Assembly: GCA_018812705.1 (NCBI GenBank) | Contig: JAHJCZ010000155.1 | Coordinates: 1-63,029 of the forward strand | Reading direction: 5' to 3' | Length of the DNA: 63,029 nucleotides | Source: Candidatus Omnitrophota bacterium | GTDB lineage: Bacteria; Omnitrophota; Gorgyraeia; Zapsychrales; Zapsychraceae | Shown: piece by piece, positions 51,475 to 59,705 of the stretch | Position numbering within the stretch: position 1 is the stretch's first letter | How the letters are laid out: each line of letters starts with the position of its first letter | The notes under the pieces: generated by a model | Told to the model about the DNA's origin: nothing | What the model saw: only the letters and a program-made list of their open reading frames with translations | Databases searched by the model: none | Position numbers and translations under genes: made by a program

Positions 51475-52497
51475 TTACTTGTTTTTAATTTCCTGAATTT
51501 GTTTCTCAAAATCAGAGACCTTCTTAAGCAACATCTTCTTTTCATTCTTGATCGCAACCAAATTTTCGATTAATTGACGCTCTCCCTCTTCCCCACTATC
51601 TAAATTCAAATTACTAGCCTTTAGTTTATCTTTAGCAATAGAAAGTATCGATTTCAGGCTGTCCTTTTGATCGTTTAAAGCTTTTATTTCCTTTAACAGC
51701 TCTTCCTTTCGGCTTTCTCTTTCTTCACTAACGTTTGAAATCTCTTTTTGTATTTTGTCCTCTTCTTCTAAAACAATCTTAAGCTCATCTTCAATTATCA
51801 ACAATTGCTGTTTTAAAAGACTTCTTTTTTTACTAACTTCTTCAGCTTCAGATAAAGGCCGAATATTATTATTTGTAACTTTGGTCAATTGCCTTTGCAA
51901 CGCTTCGATCTCATCCCCACTTGTTTCAATTTGTTCGATCAACTGCTCCTTAATATTATCTTCTGCACCTTTACTTTTTTTAATATTCAAATTATCGATC
52001 TTCTGTTGGACATCAACAATGTATTTATTGACTTTAGCAATTTCTTGGAGCACTTCGTCTTCTTTGGATCTCTTAGCATCTAAATTTTTCTCTAAATTCT
52101 GTTGCTCCCTGACCATTTTACTAACATCATTAGTTAGGCTGCTCGCGTTTTTCTCAAAGAATATGAGTTCTTGTTCTTCTGCATTTATATCATCAATGCT
52201 CGCATTCTGAACTATCCACTTCATTTTATCTTCTTCTAGACGTACTAACTCTGCCTTCAATGTCCGGATATTATCACGAAGTTTTTCATTTTCAGAGAAA
52301 AGCCATACGTTCTTCTGAGCAACTTCTTGTGCGCTATTTTTTAAACTTAACAAGCTATACTCAAGAACTTTTATTGCTGACAAATTTGCTCTTCTCTCTG
52401 CATAACAAAAATGAATATTAAACTGAATAAATATTATAGTTAGAAATAGAGCTTTTATCATTGTTGTTCTATAAACAATCTTAACACTTCTATACAT
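51475..52497 (-). CDS. Uncharacterised exported long coiled-coil protein
   Basis: Hydrophobic N-terminus ending CYA/E (start possibly ATG 52461), then about 300 aa of E/K/Q/L-rich heptad-like sequence. Confidence 0.75.
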   Translation of the reverse strand: MYRSVKIVYRTTMIKALFLTIIFIQFNIHFCYAERRANLSAIKVLEYSLLSLKNSAQEVAQKNVWLFSENEKLRDNIRTLKAELVRLEEDKMKWIVQNASIDDINAEEQELIFFEKNASSLTNDVSKMVREQQNLEKNLDAKRSKEDEVLQEIAKVNKYIVDVQQKIDNLNIKKSKGAEDNIKEQLIEQIETSGDEIEALQRQLTKVTNNNIRPLSEAEEVSKKRSLLKQQLLIIEDELKIVLEEEDKIQKEISNVSEERESRKEELLKEIKALNDQKDSLKSILSIAKDKLKASNLNLDSGEEGERQLIENLVAIKNEKKMLLKKVSDFEKQIQEIKNK

Positions 52498-52521
52498 AAT
52501 TAATACCTTCAGTAAACACGT

Positions 52522-53727
52522 TTATATTACTTGTGTAATGTTCAAAATAGGCATAAACAAAGCAATAACAATAAAACCAATAACGATACCAAGAACCCCT
52601 ATTATCAAAGGCTCAATAATGCTAGTCAAACCTTCAACTGCTGCGTCAACTTGATCATCATAAAATTCTGCTATTTTTAGAAGCATTTTTTCCATCTGCC
52701 CCGATTTCTCGCCAATGCTGATCATCCTTGTAACCATGGGTGGAAACACTTTGCTTTTACTTAATGGTGTCGCAATACTTTCTCCCTCGCGAACACAATT
52801 TTTTACATCTTCAACAACATCTTCTAGAACAGTATTTCCAATAGTCTTACCAACTATATCTAGAGATTCCAGAATTGGAACACCGCTTTGTATAAGCGTA
52901 GCAAGCGTTCTACTAAAACGACTAATCGCAACTTTACAAAAAAGCTCGCCAAAAAGAGGCATATTCAAAAGTGCGCCATCTATTGCACGCGCACCTTTTT
53001 CAGTTCTATACCATCTTCCAATAAGAAAAATTGCTATCACTAAAAAGCCAATTAGCCAAAGCAAATAACTTTTAAGCCCTTCGCTTATGCCAATTAACAT
53101 TTGAGTCATAGCAGGCAATTCCCTATCAAAAGAATCATATATACCAGCAAAAGTTGGAACAACTTTAACTAATAAAATAACCGTAATAATTGTCGCCATT
53201 GAAACAATTACTGAAGGATATATTAATGCAGCCTTGACTTTCCTTTGCAATTTAAGAGATTTCTCCATATATGTTGATATGCGGTCTAATACTTGGCTTA
53301 AAACACCACCAGTCTCTCCGACTCTTACCATATTTACAAAAAGAGTATCAAAAACATTAGGATGTTTATTGAATGCTGCAGAAAGACTTGCCCCATGCTG
53401 AATATCATCATAAACATTTGTTAGCACCTTTTGAAATAAAGGATGGGCCACTTGGTCTCGTAAAGCATCAATTCCTTGTAGTATAGGAATACCTGCATCG
53501 ACCATTGTCGCTAATTGTCTTGTGAAAATAACGATCTCATCAGGCTTTACTTTTTTTGATTGAAAAGAAGATCCAGGCGCTTTGGAATCCTTAATTTCAG
53601 CAACAGATATAATAACAAGTTTCTTTTTTCTTAAAGCTTCAATTACTGATTCTTTGTTATCAGCAGAAATCTTTCCGGAAACATTCCCTGATTCTGCATT
53701 CTTTGCAACATATTTAAACGTCGCCAT
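52522..53727 (-). CDS. pilC: Type IV pilus inner-membrane platform protein (GspF/PilC)
   Basis: FTRQLATMVDAGIP, GETGGVL, YP.VI, GEKSGQM, EPLII. Confidence 0.95.
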   Translation of the reverse strand: MATFKYVAKNAESGNVSGKISADNKESVIEALRKKKLVIISVAEIKDSKAPGSSFQSKKVKPDEIVIFTRQLATMVDAGIPILQGIDALRDQVAHPLFQKVLTNVYDDIQHGASLSAAFNKHPNVFDTLFVNMVRVGETGGVLSQVLDRISTYMEKSLKLQRKVKAALIYPSVIVSMATIITVILLVKVVPTFAGIYDSFDRELPAMTQMLIGISEGLKSYLLWLIGFLVIAIFLIGRWYRTEKGARAIDGALLNMPLFGELFCKVAISRFSRTLATLIQSGVPILESLDIVGKTIGNTVLEDVVEDVKNCVREGESIATPLSKSKVFPPMVTRMISIGEKSGQMEKMLLKIAEFYDDQVDAAVEGLTSIIEPLIIGVLGIVIGFIVIALFMPILNITQVI

Positions 53728-53813
53728 ATCGACCTTTCATGATAGTCATATTGTTTTCAAACCATAAGGGATTTTAGAGCGAATTACTCTAGCTTTTAAT
53801 TGAATAAGATGGT

Positions 53814-54272
53814 TTAATTTCCACCATAAACGTTATTCAATGCTTGATCAATTTCCATTCTAGTGGAAATAAAAGGCACTATTTCACAGCTTGTATCTTC
53901 CTTTAATTTTTGAATAAGCGAACTATCCAAAGGATTTGACATAACTATACTTAAAATATTACCAACACAATCTAACGGCACCAGATGGTGCTTGTAAGCT
54001 ACCTGTCTTGGAATGATATTCAAAACTTCTTTGTTTATTTCATACTGATCTATTGCGATATAAGGAAAATAACACTGTTCAGATAAAGCCGCAACAATAT
54101 CTTTTTCACTAACAAATCCCAGATTTGTTAGAATTTCACCAATGAATATCTTCTCCTTCTTCTGAAGCTTCAAAGCTCTGTTTAGCTGTTCTCTGACAAC
54201 AGTCTTTCTCTTAAGAAGAATCTCCCCTAAGCGACTTTTCTTTTGAACAAAATGTCCAGATAGAACAACCAT
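53814..54272 (-). CDS. Stand-alone MshEN (GspE/PilB N-terminal) domain protein A
   Basis: RLGEILL...QLNRALKLQ-x5-FIGEILTNLGFV...ALSEQ plus N1 subdomain; no ATPase; AAGGAG SD. Confidence 0.85.
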   Translation of the reverse strand: MVVLSGHFVQKKSRLGEILLKRKTVVREQLNRALKLQKKEKIFIGEILTNLGFVSEKDIVAALSEQCYFPYIAIDQYEINKEVLNIIPRQVAYKHHLVPLDCVGNILSIVMSNPLDSSLIQKLKEDTSCEIVPFISTRMEIDQALNNVYGGN

Positions 54273-54470
54273 GATCAGCTCCTTACATATCCATTCTCTG
54301 AATACTTATTTTACCACTAAATACATTCTTGGAAACAATAAACTTTGGTTTAGCAATATTCTAATAAAAAAATAAATTAAGCTCGCATAACAATTTTGAT
54401 AGCTCGCTACTAATTTACGGGTCACACCAGGTATTTCGTCTTTTTGATTTTGAAATATCTTTGCTTCAAT

Positions 54471-56177
54471 TTATTCATCCATAGCCACTCTTAATACTTC
54501 TTCAATAGTTATTTGTCCAGAGATGCATTTTTCAATAGCATCCTCCCAAAGAGTCACCATTCCATTGACCTCACACGCATGTCGTTTTATCTCATCAGAT
54601 GAGCATCCCCTTAATAACATATTCTTGATCTCATCTGTTACCTCTAGCACTTCCATCAAAGCCATTCTCCCAGAATAGCCTGTGCCACGGCAAGCCTCAC
54701 AACCTTTTCCATGATAGAAATCTGTATTTGGCTTGAATTTATAATCGAGCTTATCCAATACTTTTTTTGGTATCTCTACTTTTTCTTTACAGCGTTTACA
54801 AATTTTCCTACATAGTCTTTGGGCATTTACCAAAACAAGGCTAGATGCAACCAAAAATGGCTCAACTCCCATATCAACCAATCTTGTTAACGTACCAGCA
54901 GCATCATTAGTATGCAGTGTAGAAAAAACCAATTGCCCTGTTAAAGATGCTTTAACTGCTATGTCAGCTGTTTCATTATCACGAATTTCCCCGATCATTA
55001 CAATGTCAGGACTCTGTCTTAATACTGCCCTTAACCCTTCAGCAAAAGTCAATCCTATTTCAGGTCTGGCCTGGATCTGTGTCAATCCTTCAACCAAATA
55101 CTCAACTGGATCTTCAATAGTAATAATATTCTTATCAACCGTATTTAGCTCATTAATGATCGAGTATAAAGTTGTCGATTTTCCACTACCCGTAGGTCCA
55201 GTAACCAAAAACATACCAAACGGTTTAATAATGCCATTCTTTAAAACAGCCAGTGACTTTTCAGAAATACCTAAGCCATCAAGCCCAACAGCTAAGTTAC
55301 TTTTATCAAGAACACGCAAAACAACTTTTTGCCCAAATGTCGTAGGCAGAACAGAAACACGAAAATCAATTTCTTTTCCAGCGACCTTCATCTTAAAACG
55401 CCCATCTTGAGGAACATAATTTGAAGTTATATCTAACCTAGACATTATCTTTATTCTTACGATAACAGCATTCTGGTTTTCCTTTGGCAAATTCAAAATA
55501 TCTCTCAAAACGCCATCTATTCTATAACGAACTCTAACACCCTCTTCTGAAGGTTCAATATGAATATCAGAAGCTTTCTGCCTAATAGCTTCTTTGACAA
55601 TAAGATTGACCATTCGAATAACCGGGGCCTTCTCTCCATCATCTGCAGAACCACCACTTCCATCTTCTTCTTGGTCCATGACTATTTCAAAATCATCGAC
55701 CTGAATATCCTGAGTAATTTCAGTCACACTCACACTTTCCGGAACTCCGTAATAATTATCAATTGCCTTAATGATTTCCGTATTAGTGCTCATAACCACA
55801 TCGATATCTTTGCTAGTGATGCTTTTTAGATCATCAACAATAAAAACATCTAGAGGGTCTGAAAGAGCCACCGTAAGGGTATTCTCGAGCAGCGAAAGAG
55901 GAATTATTTTATATTGCCTTGCAACTCTCTCCGGCACGATCTCTTGCAAATAAGGATCGATCTTATATTTACTTAAATTAATAAAAGGAATATTTAACTC
56001 TCGAACAAGAAGCATCAAAAGGTCATCCTCGTTTATCAAACCTTGTTCGATCAAAGCTTTATCAAGACCAATATTCTTTCTCTTTTGCAAGACAATAGCA
56101 GCATCAAGTTCTTTTTTGCTGATCTGCTGAGTCTCAATAAGTGTATTTAATATTTTATCTTTTAATGTCTTTGTCAC
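54471..56177 (-). CDS. pilB: Type IV pilus extension ATPase, paralog 1
   Basis: GPTGSGKST, TIEDPVEY, MIGEIRD, STLHTND, CKRC/CEAC Zn site. Confidence 0.9.
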   Translation of the reverse strand: MTKTLKDKILNTLIETQQISKKELDAAIVLQKRKNIGLDKALIEQGLINEDDLLMLLVRELNIPFINLSKYKIDPYLQEIVPERVARQYKIIPLSLLENTLTVALSDPLDVFIVDDLKSITSKDIDVVMSTNTEIIKAIDNYYGVPESVSVTEITQDIQVDDFEIVMDQEEDGSGGSADDGEKAPVIRMVNLIVKEAIRQKASDIHIEPSEEGVRVRYRIDGVLRDILNLPKENQNAVIVRIKIMSRLDITSNYVPQDGRFKMKVAGKEIDFRVSVLPTTFGQKVVLRVLDKSNLAVGLDGLGISEKSLAVLKNGIIKPFGMFLVTGPTGSGKSTTLYSIINELNTVDKNIITIEDPVEYLVEGLTQIQARPEIGLTFAEGLRAVLRQSPDIVMIGEIRDNETADIAVKASLTGQLVFSTLHTNDAAGTLTRLVDMGVEPFLVASSLVLVNAQRLCRKICKRCKEKVEIPKKVLDKLDYKFKPNTDFYHGKGCEACRGTGYSGRMALMEVLEVTDEIKNMLLRGCSSDEIKRHACEVNGMVTLWEDAIEKCISGQITIEEVLRVAMDE

Positions 56178-57946
56178 TACTTCTTTTTATCCTCATCAGG
56201 TGCTGTCAATCTCAAAACTTCTTCTATTGTTGTTAACCCTTCTACGGCTTTCACCAAACCATCTTCTCTCATAGTCCTCATACCTTCTTGACGGGCAATT
56301 TGTTTAATCTTTATTTCGCCTACACGCGCCAATACAGCCTCTTTTACTTTTTGGCTAAAAACAAGGATTTCAGTAATACCAACCCGGCCTTTATAACCAG
56401 TATTAAAACAATGCTTACAACCTTTTGGCCTCATAACTTCAATATTCTGTTTTGGGTATAATTTATCAAGTCCTACTTTTGAAGTTATCTCAGGAGTAAC
56501 TATATACGACTCACAACATTTCGGACATACCCTTCTTAGTAGCCTTTGAGCAATGATAGCCAACACTGAAGAACATATTAAAAATGGCTCAATTCCCATA
56601 TTCATCATGCGGACTATTGAACCAGCAGCAGTTGTTGTGTGAAGAGAGCTCAAAACAAGGTGACCAGTTAAAGCAGCCTTAACAGCAATGTCTAATGTTT
56701 CTTTATCGCGAATTTCTCCTATCATAATAATATCTGGATCTTGTCTAAGAATTGATCTTAGGCTCGAGGAAAAAGTTAATCCCATTTTGGGTTTTATATT
56801 AACTTGAATGATCCCTTTCATCTGATATTCAACTGGATCCTCAACAGTAACGATATTCTTCTCAGGAGAGTCTACATACTTTAAAATGGAATAAAGTGTC
56901 GTCGTCTTACCACTTCCTGTCGGCCCACAAGTTAAAATCAAGCCATGTGGCTTCACTGAACATTCCTTTAAACGCTGCAAAGCTGTTTCTTCAAAACCTA
57001 AATTTTCAACATCAAGCACTGTTCCCTGCTGATCTAAAACCCTTAATACGATTTTCTCACCAACAGCCGTAGGCAAAACATTAACACGAAAGTCAACCTC
57101 TCTGTCCCCTGATATAATGGTCTTAAATCTTCCATCTTGAGGCAACCTGTGTTCTGAAATATCTAAATTTGAAATAACCTTTATTCTTGAAACCAAAGGA
57201 AAGTGCAACACTTTTGTCATTCGATCAATCTCTCGAATAACCCCATCAATTCTGTACCTAATGCGGACTGCTTTTTCTAATGGCTCAATAAACACATCGC
57301 TGGCTTTTGCAAAGACTGCTTGCTGGATAATCGTGTCAGTTAACTTAATAATTGGCGCCTCATCAGAGATTTCCTCAACAGATGACTGGCCATCGCTATG
57401 TCCATCTTTAATCAATTCAAGATCTTCAGTATCTCTAAAATCCTGGATTATCTCATCAAAGGTCTCACTATTTTTTTCCTGCTCTGGACTTTCCCTATCT
57501 TGCCCATCCTCCTGCTTAAAATAATATTTCTCAATAGCATTATGAATATCCGAAACCCTACATATAATTGGAATAATCGTATAGCCTGTCAGAGCTTTAA
57601 CATTATCTATGATAAATATATTTAATGGATCAGCCATCGCTAGGGTCAACTGATCTCCCAATAAAGAAACAGGTATAATTTGATATTTGATGGCGATATC
57701 TTTTGGAATAGTTTGAATTACATCTGGAGAAATATTGAAGCTAACGATCTTGATTAACGGCAGCTCAAGGCTTTCACTTAAAACTTGAGTCAATTGATCT
57801 TGACTCACAAAGTTCATTTCAACGAGTATCTTACTTAATTCCCCTCCTGCTCTCTTCTGCTCAAGTAAAGCTTTTTCAAGCTCCTTTGCAGTAATAAGCT
57901 CATCTCGAATAAGAATTTCTTTTAAACGATCTTTAAAAGATGCCAT
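56177..57946 (-). CDS. pilB: Type IV pilus extension ATPase, paralog 2
   Basis: GPTGSGKTT, TVEDPVEY, MIGEIRD, SSLHTT, CPKC/CKHC Zn site. Confidence 0.9.
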   Translation of the reverse strand: MASFKDRLKEILIRDELITAKELEKALLEQKRAGGELSKILVEMNFVSQDQLTQVLSESLELPLIKIVSFNISPDVIQTIPKDIAIKYQIIPVSLLGDQLTLAMADPLNIFIIDNVKALTGYTIIPIICRVSDIHNAIEKYYFKQEDGQDRESPEQEKNSETFDEIIQDFRDTEDLELIKDGHSDGQSSVEEISDEAPIIKLTDTIIQQAVFAKASDVFIEPLEKAVRIRYRIDGVIREIDRMTKVLHFPLVSRIKVISNLDISEHRLPQDGRFKTIISGDREVDFRVNVLPTAVGEKIVLRVLDQQGTVLDVENLGFEETALQRLKECSVKPHGLILTCGPTGSGKTTTLYSILKYVDSPEKNIVTVEDPVEYQMKGIIQVNIKPKMGLTFSSSLRSILRQDPDIIMIGEIRDKETLDIAVKAALTGHLVLSSLHTTTAAGSIVRMMNMGIEPFLICSSVLAIIAQRLLRRVCPKCCESYIVTPEITSKVGLDKLYPKQNIEVMRPKGCKHCFNTGYKGRVGITEILVFSQKVKEAVLARVGEIKIKQIARQEGMRTMREDGLVKAVEGLTTIEEVLRLTAPDEDKKK

Positions 57947-58395
57947 TATTTTTGTTTATAGTATTTATCAATGGATTGTTTAATATCACTAGACGTGCTT
58001 ACAAAGAACTGAACAATACATCCTGTAATCAGTTCAATGTCCTCTACTGATTTCACATTTAACGGATCAGACATTGCTATTGTTAAACTTTTACCTATCT
58101 TATCAATTGGGATCAGACAAAACTGTCTACAAACATTTTCCGGAATTGCATTGATCACTTCATCATCAATTTCATAATTTAGTAAGGGTAAATATGGGAA
58201 ACCATACTGACATGTTATTGCTTGCGCAATATCTTTCTCTGTGGCAAAATTCAATTCAACTAGAACTTCGCCTATCAGTCCACCATTCTTTTCTCTGTAC
58301 TCCAAAGCCTCTTCGATTTGAGCATGATTTATAACGCCTCTTTCTATCAGAAGCTCTCCCAACTTTTTATGAGTATCTCTGTTAAATTGTTTCAT
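57946..58395 (-). CDS. Stand-alone MshEN domain protein B
   Basis: KLGELLIERGVI...IEEALEYR-x5-LIGEVLVELNF...AITCQ plus N1 subdomain; no ATPase. Confidence 0.85.
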   Translation of the reverse strand: MKQFNRDTHKKLGELLIERGVINHAQIEEALEYREKNGGLIGEVLVELNFATEKDIAQAITCQYGFPYLPLLNYEIDDEVINAIPENVCRQFCLIPIDKIGKSLTIAMSDPLNVKSVEDIELITGCIVQFFVSTSSDIKQSIDKYYKQK

Positions 58396-58757
58396 AGAAA
58401 TCTAAAATCAACTTTTACAATCAATGGTATATAATTAATATTATTAAGCATAATAACTCTACTATACTTATATAAACATAACAATTAATAATTAATTGTT
58501 TATCAAAAATATGCTAAAAAAATAGAAATATTCTAAATTTTAAATAATTTCTTCTCTTCTGCGAAAACTAACCAGTTCATTAACAAACTTTATAAGCTCT
58601 AACAAATTGACTTCATAATCAAGAATACAAGAAGATATAGAAAAGCAACAACTAAAGAAAATGCATGAGGATCTCTTAATGCGTATTTAACAAAATCGTT
58701 ATTGATACTATAAATAAAACATTTAATACCCAATACGCACACAAAAGTCAGCAGTTT

Positions 58758-59129
58758 TTATTCTTCGGTCAGTCTTTTAATGCTAGCAAGCAACTCCTCA
58801 GCATTGTAAGGTTTCATTAAATATTCATCAGCCCCTGCTTCATTCCCCCAGAACTTGTCGCTCTCTGAAGTTTTTGCTGTTAAAAGAATGACTGGAATAT
58901 GTTCTGTTTCAGCATCATCCTTGATCAGGCGGCAAACTTTATATCCATTTGGAGCCGGCATCATAACATCTAAAATCACTAAATCTGGCATATGTTCTTT
59001 TGTTAAACTTAAAGCCTCTTCTCCAGAAGCTCCAGTAATGACTTCGTATCCATTTGCTTTTAATCGTAAACTTATAACTTTAACAATTTCAGGCTCGTCA
59101 TCAATAATTAATATTTTTTTTCTAGACAT
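58758..59129 (-). CDS. Single-domain response regulator (receiver only)
   Basis: ILIIDDE, LVILDVMMP, LLTAK, YLMKPY. Confidence 0.95.
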   Translation of the reverse strand: MSRKKILIIDDEPEIVKVISLRLKANGYEVITGASGEEALSLTKEHMPDLVILDVMMPAPNGYKVCRLIKDDAETEHIPVILLTAKTSESDKFWGNEAGADEYLMKPYNAEELLASIKRLTEE

Positions 59130-59147
59130 GTTTTACCTTTCCAAAAT

Positions 59148-59228
59148 CTATGAATTATTTACCTCTAAGCAAATTCTAACAACTTCCAAAATATCTACTT
59201 CATCAACAATGATTAATACTTTTTACAA
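59148..59228 (-). pseudogene. Decayed receiver-domain gene remnant
   Basis: TTG-TAA-KVLIIVDEVDILEVVRICLEVNNS-TAG aligns to the REC N-terminus of the adjacent gene. Confidence 0.55.
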
Positions 59229-59275
59229 CTTTCCCTGGCTTTTGGTCTACATATAAAATAATTATAAAAATATGA

Positions 59276-59650
59276 TTATTTTTCACTTAAAATGTGCTTA
59301 ATAATATCTATACGGCTTACAACTCCAACAACCTTTTTATCTTTAATCACAGGTACTCTCTTTATATTTCTTTTAACCAACAATCTTCCTACATCTTCAA
59401 TCAAATCTTCCTCACTAACACCAATAACCTCACTCGCAGAAAACTCCTTAACCAATGCTTCAGTTGATCCAGTAAAATCATATGCCACTAAAAAATCCTT
59501 TTCAGTAACTACACCAACAACCTCCTCATTATCATCAACTACCATTAAGCCACTTATATTATTTGATAAAAGAAGCCGCATACCTTCTTCAATTTTAGCT
59601 TCCGGCTTTATAGTAATTACGTTAGTTGCCATGATATCCTTTACTTGCAT
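59276..59650 (-). CDS. Stand-alone CBS-pair (Bateman) domain protein
   Basis: VKDIM..VITI.P, ISGLMVVD...VVGVVTEKDF, IKRVPV....VVGVVSRIDI. Confidence 0.92.
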   Translation of the reverse strand: MQVKDIMATNVITIKPEAKIEEGMRLLLSNNISGLMVVDDNEEVVGVVTEKDFLVAYDFTGSTEALVKEFSASEVIGVSEEDLIEDVGRLLVKRNIKRVPVIKDKKVVGVVSRIDIIKHILSEK

Positions 59651-59705
59651 AATTTACCTCCAATGATCTATTTTTTTTGTTAAAAACATATTTTAAATGT
59701 ATAAG

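Noticed and set aside
54422-54478. 18-codon ORF (MNKLKQRYFKIKKTKYLV) overlapping the PilB1 stop
   Set aside because: Too short, no separate SD or homology; expected by chance in AT-rich DNA
46310-57946. Type II secretion system interpretation
   Set aside because: PilM/N/O/P/Q order, a PilT with AIRNLIRE and a type IVa pilin support a type IV pilus; no GspL/M/K seen
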